Shown here: positions 16,201 to 36,602 of the stretch, in pieces | Numbering within the stretch: position 1 is the stretch's first letter | Layout: each line of letters starts with the position of its first letter | From: Eledone cirrhosa | Lineage: Eukaryota | Direction of reading: 5' to 3' | DNA: 64,000 nt | Assembly (NCBI GenBank): GCA_964016885.1 | Contig: OZ024747.1 | Location: forward strand, 68,262,001 to 68,326,000 | Notes under the pieces: model-generated | The model's input: only the letters and a program-made list of their open reading frames with translations | The model's database searches: none | What the model was told of the DNA's origin: nothing | Translations under genes and position numbers: made by a program

Positions 16201-16826
16201 ATCTGGGTATGTTGCTATTGTTGTTGTTATTGTTGTTTGTGTCTGTGTGTCTGTTGTTGTTGGGATGTATGTTGTATATGTGTGTGCGTATATTGTTGCT
16301 TTTGTTTTTGTTTTTGATGCTCCAGCGTAGTTTCGTAAATGATTTTTCTATTTCTGACAGACAACTAATCATATTTACCTTCTTGAATGTTGCAAATTTG
16401 GGTGGCAGACGTAACACAGACATTTCATTATTATCTATTTCCGTGTTTCCATAAATGTTGGTATTTTCATTGTTGAACTCTTCAGATAATGAGGTGTCGG
16501 CCATGTTGATACCGTCAATTTTGTCGGGATATCTATTGGTATACTCTATAGTATCCCGATTTAGCTTTGCCTGTTTAAGCCACTTTAATTTTCTGTTAAA
16601 GTGCTTATTACATTCTTGAGTAATGTACTGTTCTTCGGGGCGTATAAGGCTTATAAATGTTAGTTTTTCTGCTGGTGTGGTGATTTTAGATATTTCTTGT
16701 ATTAGGTTACGCTTTAGTTTTTCTTGATGACTTAATTCTCTATAGATCTTCTTTTTTATGTTTAGAATTAAAGTTCGTTTTAGCCTATCTGCTTGTTTTT
16801 TGGTGAGTTGTTGTAATCTTCTAACG
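13252..16826 (-). pseudogene. Disrupted PLE RT / GIY-YIG polyprotein
   Basis: ORFs 13921-15552 and 13252-13914 are in the same frame, separated only by TGA at 13921-13923 (GARTK*EKMVNND). A 5-bp duplication actgc at 15546-15555 and shifts in the Asn-rich/CA region break the N-terminal part. Confidence 0.85.
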
Positions 16827-16827
16827 T

Positions 16828-23004
<6,177 letters not shown>

Positions 23005-23121
23005 TGATGGCTGCCCCCTCGTTATCGAGTATGGCCATTGCACAATAAAAAAAAAAAATAAAAAAATAAAAATAAAAAAAATAAAAAAAATAAAATAATA
23101 ATAATAATAATAATAATAATA

Positions 23122-23321
23122 NNNNNNNNNNNNNNNNNNNNNNNNNNNNNNNNNNNNNNNNNNNNNNNNNNNNNNNNNNNNNNNNNNNNNNNNNNNNNNN
23201 NNNNNNNNNNNNNNNNNNNNNNNNNNNNNNNNNNNNNNNNNNNNNNNNNNNNNNNNNNNNNNNNNNNNNNNNNNNNNNNNNNNNNNNNNNNNNNNNNNNN
23301 NNNNNNNNNNNNNNNNNNNNN
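23122..23321. other. Assembly gap (200 N)
   Basis: Run of exactly 200 N. True length and contiguity are unknown. Confidence 1.
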
Positions 23322-26451
<3,130 letters not shown>

Positions 26452-26577
26452 CAGTTAATTTCTGACGAAGACGGTGAGATGGATCTGTAATATCGAAATT
26501 TATAATAAGCCGTTACACAACGGTTATCGATTAGTCACGTTATCGATTTCATGATCAATCCCCCTCTATAGAAATTG

Positions 26578-26623
26578 TTTCTACAGGACTGAAACTGTTT
26601 CACTCAAAGAAATCATCAGAAAA
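26578..26623 (-). ncRNA. Type I hammerhead ribozyme (family C, left inverted copy)
   Basis: Minus strand reads tttt CTGATGA tttctttgagt GAAA cag tttcagtc ctg TA gaaa. Confidence 0.65.
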
Positions 26624-26626
26624 GTC

Positions 26627-26673
26627 CTTTCTGATGATTTCTTTTGAAAGAAACAGTTCTAGCCATGTAGAAG
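26627..26673 (+). ncRNA. Type I hammerhead ribozyme (family C, right copy)
   Basis: cttt CTGATGA tttc tttt gaaa GAAA ca gttctagcca tg TA gaag, with a GUA cleavage triplet. Confidence 0.7.
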
Positions 26674-26860
26674 TGATTTCTACATTAAAGTTGATGTTTA
26701 CACTCTACTAATGTATTATCCCCCATTGAACCCGGCACTCAATACCAAAACGAGAGTGAAATATCAAATTCTAGTGAAACTGAAAATTGCTACTTCGTGA
26801 AACTCAGAGAAATGATGTGTGAAGCGTATCGGTTTCAATAAAATCTGATGTTGGAAGGGT

Positions 26861-27028
26861 TGATAGGATGCCGAAAAGTTGCTGGCTTCAAAAGGGTGTC
26901 GCGAAAAGGTAGGACTGCTGCAATAAGTGTGTAAATCTGAGAGGAGAATATGTTCAATAAAATCGTAATTAACTGATCCTCCTGTATTTTCTTTTACCCA
27001 AACCCAGGAACTTTTCAGCAGCCCCTCG
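26861..27028 (+). mobile_element. Mariner-derived internally deleted element
   Basis: Right TIR ccaggaacttttcagcagcccctcg and degenerate left TIR gatgccgaaaagttgctgg. The residue CNKCVNLRGEYVQ* resembles a mariner transposase C-terminus. Confidence 0.7.
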
Positions 27029-27109
27029 CATATACATATATGACAAACTTCCACACAGTTTTCGCTTACTAAATTCCCTTTGCAACTCATTGGTCAACTA
27101 CTGTAGAAC

Positions 27110-27365
27110 TCATCCAACAATAGAATGAACTCTATAGATAATGAACACAACCACAAGGATATGGTCCGAACGTGGAAGAGCCGAACTCCCACTGTCATCA
27201 CCTCCATCTCTCTCGCCCTCCCCATCTCTCTCGCCCTCCCCATCTCTCTGTATGGTGAGCAAATGGGGTCTCATGTGCTGGCCTCCCCGCAGCCCCGGCA
27301 ACAGAATGGAAAAGGCGTTTTCCCGGAGGATGGTAAGGGAGATGCGCTGCAAGAGCCACTCATAA
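27110..27365 (-). mobile_element. Probable 3' fragment of a CRE-clade (RLE) non-LTR element
   Basis: Translation EWLLQRISLTILRENAFSILL resembles the QRLS.A.QRGNA..IL C-terminal motif of CRE-type elements. It is a GC-rich island in an AT background. Confidence 0.5.
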
Positions 27366-27819
27366 TCCTAGTTTCGTTCTCAAAAAAAAAAAAAATGAAT
27401 ATAAAATGCAGGGAGACAAAGGGATGTGACCAAATGATAGTAAATGTGAAATAAATATAAATACAAAAGAAATGTACTTCCCTACTAATATAAAATTAGT
27501 CGGCTGAAACAAGTAAACTAAAAAATATATATACAATGTTCCCACCTAACTTTGTTTCTTCTTAACATTCTTAATAGTGCATATTTTTCAGAGATACATG
27601 CTGATAGAATGTTTAAGAATTGTTATTTCCACTCAAAAGAATTACCGGAAGTTATGCCAAAATTTAATTAACTTCAGTATAGAAAGCTTATAGGAATATG
27701 AAGAAAAACAACAAAGAAAGGGGCTCGGGCCGGAATCGAACCTATATTGCAAATGCAGTTTAACAAAGGCTTCATCAATACAACAAATTTCCTCCAGAGA
27801 AGGATAGAGAGTGAGATAA

Positions 27820-28131
27820 TTGTTTCTACTTTTGGCACAAGGCCAGAAATTATGCCAGTGTATTACTGGTACTTTATTTTATCGACCCCCGTAGGGATGA
27901 AAGGCAAAGTTAACCTCGGCGGGATTTGAACTCAGATAGAGAGTGAGATAATGGAAATGAGAAAGAGATATAGAGTCAGAATCGGTCCCAGTGCTAGACT
28001 GGTACATTTTTTATCGACCTCGATGGATGAAAGGCAAAATTGACCTCGGCGGTATTTGAACTCAGAGGGCAGAAAAGAATACTGCGAAACATTCTGTTCG
28101 ACGCTCTAACACCTCAGCCAATTCGGCCCCT
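27820..28131 (-). mobile_element. Two SINE family 1 fragments (27820-27936 and 27982-28131)
   Basis: atcgaccc...gatgaaaggcaaa...cctcggcgg..tttgaactcaga occurs twice. Confidence 0.8.
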
Positions 28132-28750
28132 CATCAGCATACTACGGTACTCAAATATTAATATTAACGCAACACGGAAAGTTGATATTAGTTCAATATG
28201 CTACCATAACAGAAGTGTAGTAATATAATAGTAAACATACACAAACAGCTTAGACACTTCAACCATACTCAAACGGTTAATAAACATATATACATACATA
28301 CAGTTAATACCTTATAACCATTCACATACAGAGTTAATATAGTATATCTATACACAGATAACGGAGTAAACACATAATTTTGACAGCAGACACACATATA
28401 TATATATACACACACAAAGTTAAGGTAAACAAACACACACAAAGTTAACAAAGTAAACACATACATTATATATATATATATATACAGATACTATAAATAT
28501 ATTATACATACATACTATATATATACTGTATATATATATTATACTATACTGTATATATTATACATCCATATTATATATATATTATACATACACACTATAT
28601 ATATAAGTGGGTGTTATAGAGACACATACTATGCATATATTAAACATACACACACTATATATATATATATACACACACACACACAAGACCGTTTTGGTGA
28701 TAGAAAACAGTTAAGTTAAACAGAAACAAAACGGTGAGCCTGTGACTTAC

Positions 28751-29045
28751 CGTGGTCAAAACCGATAAACCAAGAAGACGAATGTTTAGTTTGTTTTCTA
28801 CTACGTATCATCTTTTAAGTCGTTTCATGTTGTGTTTTGTGTTTGTTTTATCGGGAAATGAGAGAAGGAAATTTTTGGTTTTGTTTAAAGCTCCGAAATT
28901 TATAGGTAGGTAAAGTCCCATCCAGAGTTCGACCGCCGAAAAGAAAACGAACACCGAGAAGGTGAAAGTGAGAGGAAGAAAGAGTGTGTGAGTGAAACGA
29001 GAGAGAGAGAGGACAGTCAACAGGTAGATCGCCTACCTGTTTTAC
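28751..29045 (-). other. Candidate non-coding first exon of a minus-strand host gene
   Basis: Unique, CpG-containing sequence ending in a consensus donor ACG|GTAAGT (plus-strand acttac|cgt near 28745-28753), with pyrimidine-rich initiator-like sequence upstream. There is no transcript support. Confidence 0.3.
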
Positions 29046-29709
29046 TGTGTAAGTGTGTGTATATAAGAGAAGTCGTCACTTAGGCTAGCTTCTTAATAGT
29101 ATTAGATGTTTAGTGAAAAGTAATAGAGAAATGTCTATGTAAATAGATACATATATATAATATTATATTATATGAACACACACAAATATGTGTTTATATA
29201 TATCAATTTATCGAAGTTGCATTTCTACAAAAGTAACACAAGTCGAATATATATATATATATTCTTTTATTATTTTAAATAAAGAAAGAAAGCATTATTT
29301 TACTGGTTTAAGTGACTTAATTGCCGCCACGCTGGAGCATCACCTTCCATAGATTTAGTTGATCATATCAACACAGAAGTTATTTTCTCAAATCTGGTAC
29401 TGATTTTAACAAACCACTAAGTTACGGAACATAAACACACACACATTGGTTCCACGACAAAAAAAAAAGTTCATCCTGTAAGGCGGTAGTGCAGGGGCCA
29501 CTATAAAATGCTCACAGTACACCTCACTAAGTGATAACCCCCTTCTAACCTATGCAATCATTGAAAATATTCGTTAAGGCTGGTTAGGGTGTAGTCTTGG
29601 GGTCTTGCGCTGATTAGGGACCTTCAATGAGGCACTGTTAACTAGGACCTAAGCCTCCAATGTTTATTTTCTGCGTTTGGGATTTTTAGATTTTCTAACA
29701 TTTATATAA

Positions 29710-29980
29710 TATATATCCAAGGAAAATTCAACTGATAAGGTATGTTCCTTGGCTATGTCAAAATTTATAAAACACACTTTGTATTTTATCTGATGAAAGC
29801 GTACCAAAGTTTTAGGTACCCTTGAAATATATATAATAGAATAAATATGGTTTTGTAAATATAGTTTCCATTTAATATCATTGAATATTTACTCCAAAAA
29901 CTTGTCGAGTGCTCTGAATCAGTTATAAACATTTATATTTGTTGAATTACCAACAAATTAAATATCCCTTCTGCTTATAA
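29710..29980 (+). mobile_element. HHR element family A copy
   Basis: Colinear with 7300-7555 through the common 3' end caacaaattaaatatccc. Confidence 0.8.
29782..29843 (+). ncRNA. Minimal type I hammerhead ribozyme (family A)
   Basis: tattttat CTGATGA aagcgtacc aaagtttta ggtaccctt GAAA tatata TA atagaata; the stem I change is G-U compatible. Confidence 0.82.
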
Positions 29981-30490
29981 TATCTATATATATGTGTGTG
30001 TGTGGGTCTGTGTAAAAGGTAAACAGAAATAACACAATCGGTACATTATATGGAAGTTGTCTTCTGGAGACCTCGAACGTTTCCTCCAGCAGACAACTGA
30101 AGAGGGGGACCTGTCCCTTGTTTGTGCTTTCCTTTCATTTCTAATATACTTTATCAGTAACCACACAGCACCCTGTGTCTTTATATATATATATATATAT
30201 AAACCAACAGCTGTTGGTTTAGATTAGCTAGCTATTTTGGTTGACTAATTCAAGAACTATGGGGATGGGAAGGGAAAAAAAACAGGTCCCTTTCCTCACC
30301 TACAAACATCGTAGTAGCGGCAATAGGTACACTTAGCTTTGTTGTTAAGTTGATAATGGTGGTGGTGATGATTTCTTTATTGGACAATTGGTTCAAAAAC
30401 ATTAACAACAATGAAGATATACAGAAAAACGAGTCAACAGAAGAAAATACAGGTAACAATAAATAACAACAACATTCTACAATAATAATA

Positions 30491-30660
30491 AATGTTTCAA
30501 CTTAAGGCAAGCAATTTTGGGGGAGATGAGAAAGTCGATTAAATCTACCTCAGTGTATTACTGGTACTTTATTGTATCGACCTCGTAAGGATAAAAGGCA
30601 AAGCTAACCTCGGCCGGATTTGAACTCAGACCGTAAAGGGCCGTAACTCTAAGCTGCAAA
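30491..30660 (-). mobile_element. SINE family 1 copy
   Basis: Same core as 115-306, reversed. Confidence 0.8.
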
Positions 30661-30899
30661 AAACAGTTTGTTATATGTTACATTGCTGTAGTCGATGGTG
30701 ATGCAGTTCAAAGTTTTTTTTTTAATTAATCAGCAAATAACTTTTTATGTGTGTTTTGTTTTATGTGTGTGTGTGTAGCCAGGAAGAGATAGTTAAGATA
30801 ATTAAATTGTAACTTGACACCTAGCTAGACTTCCGCTTTTTGCGTGTGCCTATATATAATACATACACACACACACACTATATATATATATATATATAC

Positions 30900-31187
30900 G
30901 ATATATTAACAAATGGAAGCTCGCGAGCTTCCAACAGGAATGGTCGCATTCTTTAAGGGTATGTCAATATTTATTTATAAAACTGATCTATATTATATTT
31001 TATCTGATGAAATCACACCATAATTTAACTCGGTGTCCTTGAAATATGTATAATGAAATAAATATGGTTTTATAAATATAGTTTCCATTTGTTAATATAT
31101 CGTATTTTTACTCCAATAATTTGTTGAGTGCTTTATATCAGTTATAAAAATATTTGCTTGTTGTATCCCAACAAATTAAATATAACT

Positions 31188-31190
<3 letters not shown>
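30900..31190 (+). mobile_element. HHR element family A copy with 20-bp 5' inverted segment
   Basis: cgatatattaacaaatggaa at 30899-30918 is the reverse complement of 31083-31102. Confidence 0.78.
30996..31060 (+). ncRNA. Minimal type I hammerhead ribozyme (family A, diverged)
   Basis: tattttat CTGATGA aatcacacc..ggtgtcctt GAAA tatgta TA atgaaata. Stem II sequence differs from the other copies but acacc/ggtgt still pairs. Confidence 0.72.
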
Positions 31191-31283
<93 letters not shown>

Positions 31284-31284
<1 letters not shown>

Positions 31285-32188
31285 TAGCAGTGGTACCCGG
31301 CGTTGCACGGGATAAGGTATTTTGGAACGCGCGCCACTAACAGACCTAATCGTGGGAAAAGTGCCTGCCTGGACAATATGTAAAGAAAATAAACCGAATA
31401 CTCTGATGGCTGGATAATCTTTAAGATTTTCCTCACCTAATGCAGGCCCTAGGGGATCAAGAAAATGAATTTTTTTATGTGCATAATATGCCTTGAAATT
31501 TCGGGGAAATCGGCTAGACGTAACGCCTCCAAAAAACCCTAAAAAGCTGAAAAAAAATGAAGTTTTTTACCTAATGCAGGCCCTATGCCATAAAAAAAAA
31601 GTTGGATTTTCTTTGCTCACGGTATGAAGAAGAGACTGACTAATACATAGTTACAATTTCAAGGAAATCGGCCTGACGTAACGCCTCAAAAAAACCCTTA
31701 AAACCTGAAAAAACACAGTTTTTCAACTGGGGATCAAAAAGTTGAATTTTATGTGCATAATACTCCCTGAAGCATAAGTGACACACATGTAAATTTTGAA
31801 AAAAGTCGGTTGGGTACTTCTCGAGTTCTCGGGATTCAAACTCACAGACACACACACACACAGGGAAGTGACGTAATGCAGCCAGATCAGACAGATATTA
31901 TAAGGGACCGACGTTATATGTATGTGTTTATCTAAAAAGAGAAAGACTAAGAATTATAGAGAGAGATCGCTAAATCGCCTAATGCGGTCCCTAGGGCATT
32001 GAAAATTTGAAATTTGTTTTGCTCAGAACACTCCCTCAAACATAAGTATTACATGTGTGAAGTTTGAAATCAGTCGGTTGTGTGCTTCTCGAGTTTTAGG
32101 GATTCAAACACAAACACACACACACACACACACACACAGACACACACACACACACACAGACAGACATCCTCAGTTTTATATATATATA
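31284..32188 (-). mobile_element. Non-autonomous Helitron
   Basis: Minus-strand 3' end is hairpin cccg tgcaacgc cggg then CTAG|T. The 5' end is tatatataaaactgaggatgtctgtctg next to a (TG)n tract, and there are internal duplicated blocks. Confidence 0.7.
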
Positions 32189-32209
32189 TGTGTGTGTGTG
32201 TGTGAAAAC

Positions 32210-32355
32210 ATTCAGGACTCCGACGGCTGAGTTCCGGCCGTTTCAACCATTATTACCACTCTACTATCCCAAGTATCGAGTACTCTGGTCATTAATGGTC
32301 TAGAGTGGGTAATAATGGTTGAAACGGCCGGAGCTTAGCCGTCGGGGTCCTGAAT
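32210..32355. repeat. Inverted repeat (about 54-bp arms) carrying the 3' half of a hammerhead in each arm
   Basis: Each arm has GAAA cggc..gccg TC (GUC triplet). No intact CTGANGA core is present. Confidence 0.7.
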
Positions 32356-32387
32356 ATATATATATATATGTGTGTGTGTGTTATGGG

Positions 32388-32422
<35 letters not shown>

Positions 32423-32442
32423 TTATTAAAATAACAGATTAA

Positions 32443-32493
32443 AGTTTAAGCAAAGAATCGCTGCTTTCACCCTTAACGGGATCTTCTGAAACT
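32443..32493 (-). ncRNA. Type I hammerhead ribozyme with one core substitution (family E)
   Basis: Minus strand reads agttt CAGAAGA t ccc gttaa ggg t GAAA gca gcgattctt tgc TT aaact. All three stems pair; core U4 is replaced by A. Confidence 0.68.
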
Positions 32494-32503
32494 ATATTAT
32501 TAT

Positions 32504-32587
<84 letters not shown>

Positions 32588-32683
32588 TATGGGCACACAC
32601 ACACACACACAAAGCCGAAGTCCTAGCTCGCTACAGGGATAAATGGAAGAAGGTGATACATTGTCCTACCTTGAAGCGTTCTT

Positions 32684-33032
32684 ACATTACTGGTAGTTTA
32701 TTTTATCGCCCTCGTAAGGATGAAAGGCAAAGCTAATCCCGACAGAACTTGAACTCGGAACATAAATGGCCGTAATGCCGCGAACCATATTGTCCGACGC
32801 TTTTTCGATACTGCTAATCTACCGCCCTCGCTTAGATAACTATAATTGTTTCTACTTTAGGCACAAGGCCAGCAAATACCCAGTGCCTTACTGGTACTTT
32901 ATTTTATCGACCTCGTAAGGATGAAAGTCAAAGTTAACCTCGGCGGGATTTGAACTCAGACCGTAGAGGGACGTAACTATGCTAGAAAGCATGGCGTCCA
33001 ACCCTCTACCGATATTGCCAATTCACCGCCCT
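32684..33032 (-). mobile_element. Two tandem SINE family 1 copies
   Basis: Cores at about 32684-32828 and 32844-33032. Confidence 0.82.
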
Positions 33033-33366
33033 TAGATAACTCTAATGATAATTATAATGATAATTAATCACTATAAATAATATATATTTGAAAATTCCGA
33101 GTAAAATGCCTCTGGAGATTCATGGTTCGATTCACCGCAGAAATCTCTGTCCGCAATTATCCAGGGATACTTTACTATTAAGTATCATATGTCCCCAATG
33201 ATGAATAAAAAGTGAGAAATACGTGTGATATTCTCACCGGCCACTGAGATACTGTGATATGATCACAGCTTAAAACATTCATTGCGAGACTCTTGTATGT
33301 TTATTCCACATAAACGTATCTTATATACCTTCATATACATCCCTATATATATATATATATAAATGA

Positions 33367-33414
33367 TTTCTACAGGACTAAAACTGTTGCATTCGGAGAA
33401 AATCATCAGGAAAG
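33367..33414 (-). ncRNA. Degenerate family C hammerhead
   Basis: Minus strand reads tttc CTGATGA ttttctccgaat GCAA cag ttttagtc ctg TA gaaa. It shares the nearby motif cccc(t/c)attgaacccgg with the 26.6-kb locus. Confidence 0.55.
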
Positions 33415-34017
33415 CCCTTACTGTGGTTACCCCCTATTGAACCCGGGATAAACACACACACACATATATATACCCAACGAATATACACTTGGTTAGCACT
33501 CTGATACAAGTTTTGCTCGATACACATTCAAACTATATCTCAGTGAACAAACGGGTTTATAGTGAATATTCCATATAACCTCGTCAATATACATATATAC
33601 ATATATATTTACGGGGAGGGGGAGACAGAGAGAGACATTCATCGGTCTATATAACTATCTATTCATCTATCTATCTATAGTTTTCTCCGTCCTAACTAGC
33701 AAACTATCTCTACCTGGCCATTTTCCCATATGAAAGCCACACAAGTAAGAAACAGTACACTGAAAGAAAGTACCAGCTGCTAACAGAGGCAAAGCTTGAC
33801 AGACACTTCTAGAAAAGCACGTACGTACGCGCTCACTCTCTCTCTCTCTCTCATACACACGCGCACACTCTCCCTCTGTCACTCGCTCTCTCTCTCTCTC
33901 TCAGACACACACACACATTCTCTCTCTTTCTCACATACACACGCGCTCTCTCTCTCTCTAACACACACACACATTCTCTCTCTCACACACGCGCGCACTT
34001 ACAGGTGATCAATAAAA

Positions 34018-34027
34018 GTCACGTGAC
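34018..34027. promoter_or_regulatory. Perfect CLEAR/E-box palindrome GTCACGTGAC
   Basis: Exact MiT/TFE-USF consensus in unique CpG-containing sequence, with GTAAGT donor-like hexamers nearby on both strands. Confidence 0.35.
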
Positions 34028-34602
34028 ACCGTTGAGTAAGTCATTCTACTTCGTTTTCTTTCTCTTGGGTCTTTTTATATATGGAAATTGAAGTTACATG
34101 GCTTAGTGGTTAAGGTATGGGACTCGGGATCATAAGGTCGTGAGTTCCATTCCTGGATGATGCAAGAAATCTTTTATGAGATGTCACCTCATCAGAAGCT
34201 AGCTATTCTTACATAGATGTGAGCCCTAACAACAAAATGGGATAGGTCCCCTTTTGCTAAAACATTCGAGAAATCTTCTATGAGAGAATAATGGTGAGAA
34301 ATTTGTCCTTACATATTTTTTTACCGATCCTCATATTGGACCAAGGAAACAATGTTTCCATTAGTGTTTCTATTGTTACTGATACTACCTGCCGGTCAAA
34401 ACTGATAGAAGGAGCATTGCTCAAGAACACAATGCATGACCAGTCCAGGAATCGAACCAATAACCTTATGATCTTCAATCCAACACCCTAACCACTAGGC
34501 CATATATGTTCACAATGGGTCCTTTTTGCAGGGATGAGATAATATAATGATTAATGTTTGAATTGGTGTCGCTGTGTATTTATTTACTCGTATATGTAAA
34601 AG

Positions 34603-34915
34603 CACATGGCTTGGTGGTTAGAATGGTTGACTCACAACCATAAGGTTGTGAGTTTCACTCCCAACAGCAACGTGTTGTGTCCTTAAGCAACACAGTTTAT
34701 TTCATGTTATGTCATTCCACGCAACTGACAAAAATAACTTGTACTTTTAATGTAATTCAAAGGTCCAGCCATATCAAACACAGTATCTCACTGAATCTCC
34801 CTGAGAATTATGTTAGAGGTACATATATCTGTGGAGTGTTTAACCATATGCCTGTTAATTCCATGAGCAAGCTGTTGTATTGTCTGAACAACTGGAACAC
34901 GCATGGTTGGAAATG
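34603..34915 (+). mobile_element. tRNA-derived SINE, family 2
   Basis: tggcttggtggttaga (A box), ggttgtgagtttca (B box) and gtgtccttaagcaa. Relatives lie at 34097-34160, 34380-34503 (minus), 45684-45820, 47762-47892 and 56696-56842 (minus). Confidence 0.7.
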
Positions 34916-35167
34916 ATGGGGGGGTCCAACACAACATACTTATATTATTGATCCTGGATGGAAGAAAGTTTATCCCAGAGAAAACCTGATGAGAAAAACA
35001 ACAATATTGATTTCCAAAGTTGACACAAGGTGACACATTTTAGGGAAGAGAAAAACATTTATGATATTGATCTACACTACAACTACAGGCATAACTGTGT
35101 AGTTTAGAAGTTCACATCACAACTGTATGGTTTTGGGCTTGGTACCTCTATATGACACCTTCAGCAA

Positions 35168-35738
35168 GGAAGGATGACAGCTGTATAAAAAAGTACAAAG
35201 CAATGAAAATTGATAGAAGCTACCGAGTGGCTAGACCAAGAAAAACCTGGGACGAGGTAATAAAAACTGACCTTGCTCACTTATACTTCTCTAAGACAAT
35301 GTCACTGGATCGAGATCTTTGGCGCTATGCAGTTGTACAGAAGACCTGCCTTCCCTTGCAACCTACAGTCAGTAGGCACCTCTTAACCCAATATACACCC
35401 ACCCCACACACCCTACCCTATTCTCCCATTTCCGTCCACTGTGTCGGTGACACAACAAAAAGCACCCAGTCCACACTGTAAAGTGGTCGTGTAGGAGACA
35501 CAGTAAAAAGGCTCCCAGTCCACACTGTAAAGTGGTCGTGTAGGAGACATGGTAAAAAGGCTCCCAGGTCACCCTGTAAAAGTGGTTGGTGTTAGGAAGG
35601 GCATCCAGCCATAGAAAACCTGCCAGAGACACTTCCGTATGAGCGAGACATGATCTCCCAACCAATCCCGCATCAAATGGAACAAAACCATCTAACCCAT
35701 GCTAGCATGGATGATGGGCGTTAAACGATGATGATGAT
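35168..35738 (+). mobile_element. RTE LINE 3' fragment (older subfamily)
   Basis: KDDSCIKK...RPRKTWDEVIKTDL, 3' UTR gttaggaagggcatccagc and a (GAT)n tail. Confidence 0.8.
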
Positions 35739-35937
35739 TATATATATATATATATATATGATTATAGTGTAGTACTTCATTATTTTCTTTGGTAAAATAA
35801 GAGAAGCTCAATGCACATTACTGTCCTCAGTTTCTCAGGACAAATAAATTATCTGTAGTTAAAATATTGTGTTATTAAGGGTGATTCAGGTAGCAGAGCA
35901 TTTAAAAATCATAATTATAAAAAGGTCAAGGATATTT

Positions 35938-35969
<32 letters not shown>

Positions 35970-36533
35970 TGTATATATATATAAACGTATATATATCTTT
36001 ATATAGCAACATCATCATCATTTAACCTCTATTTTCCACACTAGCATGGGTTAGATAGAGAACTGTTTATGGCTTGGTTTCTATGGCTGGGTGCCCTTCC
36101 TAACGTCAACCACATTTACAGTGTGGGCTTGGTACTTTTTGTTGTGACACCTTCACAATTACCTCCTTTTTTTAGAGGGGGAAAGCTAGTTAAGCAGCAT
36201 GATGAGGATCAGGACCAGAAAGGTGTGTTCACTCCGGAAGAGAAAGATACAGTGTGGGCTGGGAGGTTTTTATATCTATATATAATCATCATCATCATCA
36301 TCGTTTAACGTCCATAACCCATTCTAGCATGGAAGATGGACGTTAAACAATGATGATGATGAAAGATAAGTAACACTATCAGATATACCATCTCTAAGAC
36401 CTATGCTAGAGTAGACTTTGAAATCTTAGGTAGCATGCAACTGTGTTGAGAATTCATTTATAATAATATACTTTAGCTCTGTACTTAACATAGGGCACTC
36501 TTTTTCCTTTATCTAGTCTATGGAGTCTCTTGA

Positions 36534-36602
<69 letters not shown>

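Larger units (their letters stand above)
12706..16827 (-). mobile_element. Near full-length Penelope-like retroelement (C-terminal EN+, possibly Nematis clade) inserted in (TA)n
   Basis: N-terminal LRLPPKFA...[58 protein letters not shown], then GIY-YIG NVVYSIRC..C..YIGETAR...H...H. The 3' UTR carries an HHR. The clade name is tentative. Confidence 0.92.

Noticed and set aside
12706-16827. Assignment of this PLE to the selenoprotein-encoding Naiad clade
   Set aside because: Naiads have an N-terminal endonuclease and lack canonical HHRs; this element has a C-terminal GIY-YIG and an HHR.
26455-26518. CTGACGA...GAAA ttta TA motif
   Set aside because: Stems I and II pair poorly, so it was not counted as a ribozyme.
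27720-27745. tRNA-like T arm (minus ggttcgattccggcccgagccc)
   Set aside because: No D arm or acceptor 5' strand, so it is not a tRNA gene. SINE heads were likewise not called as tRNAs.
30055-30100. Minus-strand hairpin with GAAAC..GTC
   Set aside because: It lacks the CTGANGA core and is at best a deleted remnant.
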